A stretch of 64,000 nt of DNA from Octopus vulgaris (lineage: Eukaryota). The position numbers were made by a program, and so were the translations under genes. Location: positions 115,692,001 to 115,756,000 of the forward strand of contig OX597816.1 in the NCBI GenBank assembly GCA_951406725.2, written 5' to 3'. Below are positions 13,516-25,037 of this stretch, in pieces. The notes below the pieces were generated by a model that saw nothing but the letters and a program-made list of their open reading frames with translations, ran no database searches and was not told the DNA's origin. Position 1 is the first letter of the stretch. Each line of letters opens with the position of its first letter.

Positions 13516-14144
13516 ATATATATATGCATGCAAAGATTGATCATATAAAAGAACTGGAGCGAGAGAATAAATCTTTATTCCATATGTGGACAGCTGTGTC
13601 ATAGTCAGTGTAAGTTACATAAGAACACTACAATTTGTGCCACACCCCCATACATATACAGATATTGATAAGCACATTTGTGTATGTGTATGTTTTTTTT
13701 AAGTATGTAGGTGCGTATGTATGAATATGTACATGCATTTGTAATAGAATTGTAAATTTGGAGTTTTTCACAAGATAACTGCTTCTCAACAAACCTAGAT
13801 TACTGTGGAATGTTATGCTCACTAAAGTGATGTACTTTGTTCATGGATGGTGTTTAGCCCCAAGTTAGCCTCGACTCAGCAAATCTCTTATTAAAAGCCT
13901 TTTATCCATGGCTATCTTGTCCATCTCTAATTTAATGTAATACGTTTCTAAAAGTAATGTACCGTTGCTGAACCAGTTTTGTGGAGCTGAATTAAGTGTA
14001 AGACATAGTTAATGAAACTATGAAATAAATGCACGTAATGAATGTATTGGTATTTATTGTGTACTCCATCCCATGCAGATGTGGTAGTTTGTACAAAGGC
14101 GAAACATGCCGCCCCCTCAAAATAAGGAGATGTTGATAAATCGG

Positions 14145-14449
14145 GTATAGCGATCATTTATTGGAAAATGAAGCCCGCCTCTTCATGTGGGAGGAAGTTA
14201 AAAATAGACAGAGAACACCACTGGAAAATGCGAAAACTAAAAGAAACAGCACATATGCTAGCAAAAAGCAACCTCCTAAGCAGACCGAGTGCAGATATGA
14301 GTAGCATATGGGCACCATTATTAAGATAGGATAGGAAAATATTAGATTTATAAACCCGAAAATTCACTCCACGGTCATATGACGAAAAGGTTAAAAGCGT
14401 GGGCTACTAACCCCAAAATTCCGAGATTGATTTCAAGCAGTGACCTGAA

Positions 14450-14490
<41 letters not shown>

Positions 14491-14670
14491 TTGAAAAATA
14501 CCATATGAATGAGAGCCCAGGTTCGAAATTTCCCCAAGACACCAGATGAAGGCTGGAGGTTATATCAGCCGAAACGTTGTGTTAACAACAAACAAGATGA
14601 CAAATATCCGTCAAATGTAAATAATGTAAATAATGTACATAATTCCTCATCTCTTAAATATAGAACTGAA
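14145..14670 (+). mobile_element. Penelope-like element 3' end: GIY-YIG C-terminus plus terminal (pLTR) region
   Basis: Translation WEEVK/IDREHHWKMRKLKETAHMLAKSNLLSRPSADMSSIWAPLLR* matches PLE endonuclease ends; followed by a hammerhead-like motif. Confidence 0.75.
14538..14583 (+). ncRNA. Minimal type I hammerhead ribozyme, core-mutated (PLE-associated)
   Basis: GACAC (stem I) - CAGATGA (CUGAUGA with U>A) - A - GGCTG...CAGCC (stem II) - GAAACGTT (palindromic stem III, GUU site) - GTGTT (stem I'). Confidence 0.65.
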
Positions 14671-15224
14671 TTGTGAAGTATTTAATAGAGTTGTTTGAAG
14701 ATAGATAGGAGCAGCTGATGAGTAAATATAATCATTGCATACAGATAAAGGATTTATGGAAAAACAGTAAGGATCTTAGGGGATCAGTTTCCAGGGTTTC
14801 ATTGAATGGGTCATCTCTTGCTCATTGGTTAACCATAGATCCCTTTTAATTTTTCATTATACACGGACACATATACTCAATCATACATGCATACACGCAT
14901 ACGGACAGACAGACTGACAGATTGACAAACAGACAAACAGATGGACAGACATATACGTCAACGGCCAGCACTTCACGTAGCTATTTTTCACGCGAAATGC
15001 ACTACTTATTTACACTTTCGGTTTATTTTTCATCCTTCTTACTATCTTTCCTCTCTGTACTTTTCTTCGAAAGAACCATCCAAAATGTCACACCAATTGA
15101 CTATTTCTATTTCTTGGAGCACAAAGTAATAACTTTGATCGTGAACTTATCCCGTCTTTGTTGGTGTTATTTTTTTTTCACCTTATACATTTTTACACCT
15201 GATACATATGTGTTCATTCCGACG

Positions 15225-15385
15225 CCGGTATAGCTGTGTGACTATGAGGTTTTTCGCAACCACGAGTTTTTTTCCCCACTGTGCGGCACCTAGGGCAACT
15301 TCTTTCTACTATAACCCGTGTCAATGAATAGCTTGCATGTAATTTTTGTTGAGGGAATTTCTTTTAATCAGAAGCCCATGATATA
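15225..15385 (+). mobile_element. SINE family B 5' fragment
   Basis: TAGCTGTGTG...CAACCAC...CCCACTGTGCGGCACCTAGGGCAACTTCTTTCTACTATA...AGAAGCCC matches the head of 49195-49350. Confidence 0.6.
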
Positions 15386-16169
15386 ATGATGTAATATAGT
15401 TTAAAAAAACATTATTTTTGGAAGGTGGCATTGCCTCCTTCGTAGCTCAAACGTTCACTTCACCGATCATCAGACAAATATTTTTCATTTGGCATTGTGG
15501 CAATGGGAAATTATTAAAATTAGTATTCCAAACAATTCCATATCTGATACCTGTTTCAATACAATTACAGAAATTAATCTGTTAGCAAAGAATATTCCAT
15601 AAAATGGTAGATTAATTTGTATTGTAGAATATACTCTGTGAATCTTATTAATACTGCTATTGTCAGAGAATATAATTAGTAGGGAATAAAAGGCACAGTC
15701 AATCAAACTGAAGAAAAAAATGCTATCAGATTTGTACACTCTGTTATTTTATTTTACATCATTCTCCTTGCGAAAGAATTCAGTGATAAATTTTGACCGA
15801 AACTTTACCTAGGCGCATCCAAGAATCCTAATCAATGTAAACAGATATACAACCATTCCAAAGAAGTTGATGGACAGGTATCTATTAGAGAATGTTTCAG
15901 CTATTTTCAATTTCAGTAGAATAATTAATCAAGACTATTTATAAACATATGTCAGTTTCTTATTTAATTGAAATTTGCTTTCTTTGTTGTAACTGTAGGA
16001 TCTTTATCAATAACTATCGGTTTTCCTTAACGTTCGTTTCTAAAAAATCTAGTTTTTGTTTATTCATTTTATATATCTATCTTTGTTTTATTTTCAACAG
16101 TGTTAACACCCTATGCGCTTCATCCTCACTTAAATACGTAGTCAATAGTCTACATTGTATTGTTATATC

Positions 16170-16174
16170 ATTAT

Positions 16175-16231
<57 letters not shown>

Positions 16232-16282
16232 CACCACCACCACCACCACTACTACCACTACCACCACCACCACCACCACCAT

Positions 16283-16329
<47 letters not shown>

Positions 16330-16335
16330 TTATTC
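16170..16335. repeat. (CTA)n/(CCA)n compound microsatellite
   Basis: Visible directly. Confidence 0.95.
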
Positions 16336-16704
16336 TTATTTTTTGTTGTTGTTATCACTATTGTTATTATTATTCTGCTGTTGTTGATTTGTTATGTATA
16401 TGATTCTACATTATCTCATAATAGTTAACGAAATTGAAGAAAAGTATACACATACGTATATATACGCATATTATCTTTCTTTCAACAAATATTATGATTA
16501 TTCAGAAGAAAACGAAACAAAAAGTATCTCCTGTTCCCTTTGAATAAAGTACATAACTATCCCAATTGTATGTGTATGTGTGTATGTGAGTGTGTGTATG
16601 CGTGTGTATATGTGTGAGTGTGTATATATGTAAGTATGTATGTATGTGTGTATATGTATGTGTGCGTGTGTGTGTGAGTATATGTGCTTATATATATGTG
16701 CGTG

Positions 16705-16735
<31 letters not shown>

Positions 16736-16769
16736 GCGTGTATATATATATGTATATATATATATATAT

Positions 16770-16810
<41 letters not shown>

Positions 16811-16932
16811 GCAATTTTCTACCAGGCATCAATTGTATTAACTCTATAAATGATACGACAAAGAACAATATTAAAGTGAACAACAGGAAACTAATGCAAA
16901 AGAGTTAGAAATAACTAAACAAATGATATGAC

Positions 16933-16975
<43 letters not shown>

Positions 16976-17159
16976 GGAAGAGAAAAAGAAAAAGAAAAAT
17001 TTATTAAAAAAAAGGAAGTTAGTTTTTAAAAGAAATATACAAATAAACTCACTCAAAAAAGTATTGGCTTAATTAAGAAAGAAGACAACATTATATAGTA
17101 AATAATCTCTCCGAAATACCATCTGATTCAGTGGAATCCAAAAAAGTAAACTGACAAAG

Positions 17160-17240
<81 letters not shown>

Positions 17241-17805
17241 CGGTATAAGAGAGAGGGGAGAGAGAGAGATAGAGAGAATAGGAATATTAGAGATAGAGAG
17301 AGTGTTAAAAAGGAGAATAGTTTTGAGAGAGGGAGAATAGGAAAACTGGAGAAAGGGAGTGTTAGAAAAAGGGAGAAAAATTACTGGGAGAAAGAAAGAT
17401 TGAGAGAGACAGTGTATAGAAGAATGTTAGAAAATAATCAACAAAGAATTGTGAATTGTTTTAATTATAGAACTGAAACTATGACCAATTAGCTGATTCT
17501 TGGAAAGACAAAAAGAAAAAAAAAAGAAAAAGAGATATCGATATGTCGAGGAAGCAAAAGATACCAAATAGGAATTAAAATATACGATATCTTAAAAAGC
17601 AGGTGCAACATGGACGGAATTCACATGTGGGAATTTGGAAAGAGCTTCCGAACAAATGGGTGTAGGTTTTAAAAACGGGGTTACAGCTGATCTCTTCAAT
17701 TTGAGAATTAAGACCATTTTCCGCAACTCTCTTTCTGTCTCACCTACACACAGTATACGTACATGCACTTATTCATACATACATATATACGTACGTACAT
17801 ACATG

Positions 17806-17847
<42 letters not shown>

Positions 17848-17898
17848 CACACACATATATATATATATACACACATATGCATGTATATATATATACAC

Positions 17899-17955
<57 letters not shown>

Positions 17956-18344
17956 TGTATATATGTGTGTATACATATATATATACATATGTATGTATAA
18001 TATGTATAAGCGCTCAACACCATATTGGTGCTTAAATTAGTTCTTTTAATTGGCAGTAGTCTACTTTTAAACGGAAAGCGCTCGCGCGCGCGTATGTTTG
18101 CTTCGGTGAGTGCATCTGTGTGCGTATTTATGTGAATAAATATATCGTATCAGAGGAAATATCTGTTTACAACACATTAGTTTTCCTTTAGAGTTGGGGT
18201 TGGGATCAAACACCAAAGGTATTCATTCAATAGTCATTGAATGTATGATAAATATTAATTGCATCCTTTTGCTACTTCGTCCGTCTCACTATCATTTCAC
18301 TCTATATGTTCACTGTCTCTCTAAATAATGTAGTCTGATTAAAC

Positions 18345-18530
18345 ATTTTTATTTGTTTGTTATTTGACTGCGGCCATGCTGGAGCAGCACCTTTAGTTGA
18401 GCAAATCAACCCCAGTACTTATTCTTTGTAAGCCTAGTACTTATTCTCAGTTATTCTAAGTTACGTTGATGTAAACACCCCAACATCGATTTTCAGGCAA
18501 TGTTAGGGGAACAAACACAGACACAAAACA

Positions 18531-18594
<64 letters not shown>

Positions 18595-18783
18595 TATATG
18601 TGATAGATCGCTAGCCACTACACATTCTTTATTTTCTCTCTTTGTTTCTTTCTGTGTTCCTGTCTGTGGAAGTGTGTAGGCTCGAAACGTTAAAGACTTT
18701 TTAACTTCCCGAGCGTTATACTAATACATCTGCTTGTTGTCTACACCACCAGTCTTCGGGGTTTTTTTGTGAATTCTCCCTAT

Positions 18784-18863
<80 letters not shown>

Positions 18864-19030
18864 ACGGGCTTCTTTCAGTTTCTGTCTTCCGTCTACCAAA
18901 TCCACTCACAAGGCTTTCGTCGGCCCGAGGCTATATTAGAAGACACTTGCCCAAGGTTCCACGCAGTGGGACTGGATTTGGAACCATGTGTTTGGTAAGC
19001 AAACTACTGCCCACAGCCGCTTCTGCGCCT
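18345..19030 (-). mobile_element. tRNA-derived SINE family B, interrupted by a nested insert at ~18600-18785
   Basis: 3' half (TTTGACTGCGGCCATGCTGGAGCA...CTTTGTAAGCCTAGTACTTATTCT) at 18360-18520 and 5' half (GGGCTTCTTTCAG...AGAAGACACTTGCCCAAGG...GCGCCT) at 18865-19030 are reverse complements of 49195-49640. Confidence 0.85.
18600..18785 (+). mobile_element. Nested insert, probably a PLE terminal-repeat fragment with a decayed hammerhead-like motif
   Basis: Non-SINE sequence between two (CA)n tracts; contains CTGTGGAAGTGTGTAGGCTC-GAAACGTT, with the same GAAACGTT as at 14571. Confidence 0.45.
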
Positions 19031-19283
19031 GAACTTTGTCACAAAGAAAATCGTTGTTGCACAGTCCCAGTTCAGACCAAATTAGCGCAGATCTACAACC
19101 AGTCGTGGCTTACTCAAGGATTATATTAAATCTGGAATTATACATTTTGTCATACCACATTTTTATTATGCTTCCTCCTCCTCCCCTTCCTCCCCTCCTT
19201 CTTCTTGCTGTTGTTGATGAAGATGATTATGTTGCTATCATTATTATTATTATTGATGTTATTGTTGATGATGATGTTTTTGC

Positions 19284-19319
<36 letters not shown>

Positions 19320-19689
19320 GGTGAAAATATATGTTAAAATAATTTCCAAGTTAATGAATGGAAGTATTATTCTAGAGCGTTGCAAAACACGCATAGTCAT
19401 ATACAGGCAAACATGCACGCAGACACATACACACATGTATGTTTTTATATACATACACATATTTACTTGTATACATGTGAATGTGTGTGTATGCATGCAT
19501 GTATGTGCATTTGTACGTATCAACTTGGCAAGAAATTTTTCGTGATAAAATATCAGCTCAACTCTTGACAATATGTAGACAAAATGCAGACGATACTGTC
19601 ACGAAGAATATAAATTATCAAAGACAATTTTACATACAGAAGGATATACTATTTATCACCTCAAACGTATACTCGGTTTAGGTCAAATT

Positions 19690-22600
19690 GGGAGTGGACT
19701 CCTCGTCATGTTTACTATACTCCAATTATAAACGAAACATAATGAAAGCAGAAATGATCTAGAAATCTAACTATTCTGCCAGTCCCAAGAGGACTTATAT
19801 TGATGTGACCCTTTATAAACTAGTATCAACCTACAACACTGCTTCACTTAAAACAAAATATAAGTAATATCTGGTAATTTTACAAAGGGAGTTACGAACT
19901 TCACAATTCGAAAATCACTGCTAGACACTCATTTGCATATATGACAAGGCCTCAACTAGCCCTTTGTATTCTGAGTTCAAATGCCAGCATAGCTTTCTTG
20001 AGTGGAGAATTAATCAGAACCCCGGGTTTAACACCGCTGTCCATTCTGTAGCACATAGTGAAGCCATGTCTCCAATTATGGATGTCTTTGTTTCTCTCCC
20101 CCACCTGTATAACAAAGCAGATATATATGAAAAGTGGCTTAATATGACACCGTTAATTTTCCCCTGGAAAATCCAGATCAAAAGCATTAAAGATTAAGCT
20201 GAGGCACAAAGACGCCTCAGGGAAAGAATGGCACTGGAAAAAAGAAGATGGAAATAGAACTTCTAAAATTGGGGGCTCAGACGAAGATTAAGTAAAATCC
20301 GTTGATGAAATTTTTAAAATGACTCAAAGCCCCGACCTAGAGAAGGTCTCCAAATTATGGAAAAAGGATTTTGATAAAGAACAGAAATCCCTCCAACGCT
20401 GGGAAAAAGCGCCGCTTCGTTCTTAAACTATGAACTGTCTTTCAAACAGAATACGCTTCCAGCAACCCTTTCCTAAAAATAAGAAAATCAAATCAACACT
20501 CAAACACAGATTCACACCTATCTAGAAAAACAGAACCATCCCCACTACCAAAAAAAAAAAAAGGATACAGGACCTAACCCTAACTATGTAACCCACCAGC
20601 GAAATAACATCGAAAGTATCTCAGCATCAAACAGAGAATTGAAAAATCACTACCCGCAGGATTGACATTACAGCCTCTCAATTCCCCGATAAGGAGTTAC
20701 CAACGGAATTTTCTTTCCAAAAATCCACTAAGCAACCACGCACAACAAGCCCGTACCACACGTAATAATTACCAACGACGCCCCCACCTACCCAAAAAAC
20801 ACTATATCCAAACATGGGATATAGAGGCACACTTTTCAATACCCTTCCAAGAACCCGCACCATATATTACAACAGGGTATTCCACAACAACAGGGAACAA
20901 CTACATAACAGCTACCGTCTCAATCACCTCAATCATTCTTTAGTCCCAATACGCAAACACAGAGATACGAGATAGCACCAGACAGGCAGGAAAAACTAAG
21001 TGATAAAAATCATCAATCTAACTGAGAAAGAACTAACAAAAACCCAAATCAGCATACTCTCCAAAAGGCTCAAGTTTACACCCCCCCCGCCCTAATGCTC
21101 CAACTACAACGAAATGAAAGACGTTGAGGAATTCTGTAGAAAATTATGACTCGCTGAGGAACTATAAGACAAATACAGCGAGGACGAATCTTGATAATTT
21201 CAGTGAATAAATCAAGAATTATCACATACACAAACAAAAGCATAAGCCAAACTTCAGCAAAAAAATCCCCCAAAAAAACAGAATTGGCTGAGCTGAACAA
21301 ACTAAAAGATGATAAAACAATAGCAATCAAAGAGGCTGATAAAGTTGTCTTGATGGACACGGTATATTACATAACTCTAGTACTCTCCATATTAGAAGAT
21401 ACAACTTATTTGAAGGTCCAGCACTACAGTCAGCAGAAAATGATGAGAAACCTAAAAACTATGCTAAACCTATACAGAGAAAGGTTCACCGACAAGGAAT
21501 ATGATTATATGACTTACTTCAAAAGTAAATCCAGTCAATTCTGCGGTATTCCTAAGATACACAACAGTGAGAAAATAAGAAACGTATGCAGGATAGCCGC
21601 AGACATATTAATGAAGGTCCCTACTCCTAATGACCTCAAATTAAGAACTATAATAGCAGATCCCGCATGCGAAACCCACTGCCTCAGTAACTTTTTAGAT
21701 ATCCTCTTAAAAAGCTATACAAGGGACAACCTAGATATGCACAGTCAGCTCCTTAAAACAATTAAAAAAACTCACCCTAATAATATCCTTCGATGTAGTC
21801 AACATCTTTTCTAATATCCCCCATAGCCTAAAAATAGAGGCAATTCAATTCTGGCTAGAGAATTACTCAAATGAACTCCCATATCGCATCAAAAAAGAAT
21901 TCGTAGTAGAAGGGCTAAAATTTATCTTGGAGAATAACTTCTTTGTTTTTGAAAGACAATTTCTGTCGACAAAAATCGGGACTGCGATGTGTATGAGAAT
22001 GATTTCCTCCTTTGCTAACCTAGTCATGGGATATCTAGAAATCAGTCTTTATCGTAAGGTACATTCTTCCTCTACATAGAAAATAACTGGAAGAGGTATC
22101 TGGATAACTGTTTCATTCTTTGGTATGAAAGTACAGAAAAACATAAAGAATTTCAAGCAGTTATAAATGGACTGGACATAAACATTCAATTTACGATAGA
22201 ATATAGCCATCAATAACTTTCATTCCTCAACATTCTCATTAAGAAATCCAACAACAAAATAGAAACAAATATATACTAAAAGCCTAAGGATTCCAAGCAA
22301 TATCTGCCGTTCCACTCATGCCACCCCATACACGCTAAGATAAATATCCCCTTCAACCTGGCAAAAAGGATTTGTAATATAGTTTTTAATACAGACATCA
22401 AGGACACACGACTGCATGAACTAAAGTCTCTTAAAAGAAGCCCAAGTACACTCGACAACAACACTGAAGCCGCCAGTAAAAAAATGTCGAAGACCTAACT
22501 GATACATGCGTCAACCTAATTGAGGTATCGGAGTTCTCTTTCAAACAGGGTCAACGTTTTACAGTAAAAAGCAACTCCACATGTGCTTCGGAAAACTTAA

Positions 22601-23020
22601 ATTATGTATTAACTTGCTCAGGGTGTTGAGAGCAATATATAGGCCAAACCAAAAATAGTCTACGCCAAAAGCAACGTCTCAGATCAAAATTCGGGAATAC
22701 AGAAAAATAGCATTCAGCGAACAAATCGACATTTGCACCACTAACAACCAGCCTAGCTTCAGAATTTTCCCCTCTATAAATTCAAGGAGAATGCAACGTG
22801 TAGTCAGCACATTAGTAAAGAGTCATATTTTATCAGAAAATATAAGCTACTTTTGAATGCGTCCACCACAAATGTCACTACTACTGGGGCCTTAGAATAA
22901 CGCCCACACAAATATTAAAAATAATATATCCAGAACAGTCACTGCTCATGAATTTATTCAGAACAATTCCAATTACTACTATTACAACCACATGTCACTT
23001 GTAGGTCACTTGACCATTTA
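19690..23020 (+). mobile_element. Near-full-length degenerate Penelope-like retroelement (RT + GIY-YIG endonuclease)
   Basis: KRLKFTPP (~21063), IAIKEADKVVLMD, GIPKIH, LKLRTIIADPACETH, FDVVNIFSNIP, FILENNFFVF, SFANLVMGYLE, WKRYLDNCFILW, IQFTIE, KQYLPFHSCHP, then TCASENLNYVLTCSGC*EQYIGQTKNSLRQ and KESYFIRKYK. Many stops and frameshifts; 5' boundary uncertain. Confidence 0.92.
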
Positions 23021-23064
23021 AGAGGATTCTACCAACATCTTATTACACTCATAATATTCCCATT

Positions 23065-23260
23065 TTTTCTTGTTCTTCTTCCTCCCCCAATTCTTCTTCC
23101 ACTTCTTCTTCCATTTCTTCCTCTAATTGTTCGTTTTCTTCTTCCTCCTTTTCTGCCTCCTCTTCTTCCTCTTCTTCTGCCTCCTCTTCTTCTTCCTCTT
23201 CTTCTGCCTCCTCTTCTTCTTCCTCTTCTTCCTTCTCTTCTTCGCAGCCTCCTCTCTCCG
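23065..23260. repeat. Polypyrimidine (CTT/CCT)n tract with short-period internal duplication
   Basis: Visible directly; source of the Glu-rich minus ORF. Confidence 0.9.
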
Positions 23261-23557
23261 TTACCACTGCTTAAAAATTCAAAACCAAGAATTCATATAA
23301 AATATTCTTTTAGGACTGCTACTGTCTACTACCTACTACGACTCAGAAGAGTACAAAGAAAAGAGAGAGACATACAAAATAAACATACAAAATATGTAGG
23401 TATGTACCCGAAATTTCCAGGCTATTAATTCATTTTTTTTGTATGTCTATTTTATATAGTTTCAACATATTTAGTTTTTCACTAAGTTTCTCTTCAGTTC
23501 CTCATTCCTGTAAACAATTATACACAGACACACACACACATACACACACACACACAC

Positions 23558-23600
<43 letters not shown>

Positions 23601-23753
23601 TACATACACATACGCTCACATACACACACATATATACACAAACATCTCTTTAGGAAATAATTTAACTCAGAGAGCTGGGATTATTTTTCTTAACCAAAAA
23701 CCTTCATTTCTAATAAATTTCAAAACTAAAGCTTCCAAGTTTAAACTACCCGC

Positions 23754-23823
<70 letters not shown>

Positions 23824-25037
23824 GCACTGTTCGTGTATGTCTACATGCATATATGTATACACACAATACACACACTCACACATATATATGTGTGTGTGTA
23901 TGTGGGTGTGTGTGCGTGTATGTGTATTTATAAGTTATATATATCAAATATTTATCTCTCACCAATAGTTTTTTTGGGGTGCGATCTTACCTTCATGGAA
24001 CAAAAAGAAGAAGCACACCATCTGGTGTGAAATATTATTTAATAAATAAAGTACATATTTTTATGAGCTAACAATAGTTTTATTCGATGAAAATGACCCA
24101 GACAACATTTCATAACGTCTGATGCCTTCACGCAATCCTCAGTCTCTACTCACATAGCATAACACGCTGAAACCTATAACAAGATATGGGCAAGAACAAA
24201 TGGAAACTGTCATTTTACAGCGTCGTTACTCTTTACCACTTTTCGCCATGGCTAGAAGTTTTTGTACTGTATAAATATATAAAGGACGTATATGGTTTCT
24301 CAAATGGTTCTATGATTCAGACGCTTAGAATTTAAATTTAATAATTAGAAGGTAACCTTTGACTAGGCATCTAATTCTAAATATGAAAATAAAAATGAAT
24401 ATAAAAGAAAATAAATAAGATAAAAATTATGGCGAAAACAATTGGTAGACAAGAAGGAAAAAAGGAACAAGGAATCTAACGTAAATGAACAGTTGAAAAT
24501 CGAAAGTGTAAAATAAAGAAGGTGAAATAAAACGAAGAGAAATGAAAGACGTGAAAGAGAAAGAAGAAAGTGTTCGAAAGATCTGAAAAATATATCTTCA
24601 ATCAGCAGTGTAACAATTCTTTTACACGTACTTAACTTGATGACAGCATATCCAATTTGAGTTCGTTTCGATAATTTAAATAGTTAAAAAACAACGTCAA
24701 ATAAGAAATTTCCCGGAAGGGTACAGATCCAACAATCTGGAACCTCCAGAACATACGTTCGGCGTGAAGTACAAGAGCTAATACATTTATTTTTTCAGTT
24801 TTTTGAGGTGCTGTAACTAAGGAAATACTTACAAGAGTATGTATGGTGTGTGTATACACTCCAATGTATATTCTAGGAATCCTTATCAAATCTGTTAATT
24901 TTACAAAAAATGCTGACTTCTTACCTATACAATTTGTTGATTAGACAGAAATGTCGGTACAATATTAGACTTCAATATTTAAGGGAAGCGTGCTACTAGG
25001 AAGTCTTCCATTGACCCATGAAATGAAATCATTAAAA

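Noticed and set aside
23049-23267. Glu-rich acidic ORF on the minus strand
   Set aside because: Product of a (CTT/CCT)n tract.
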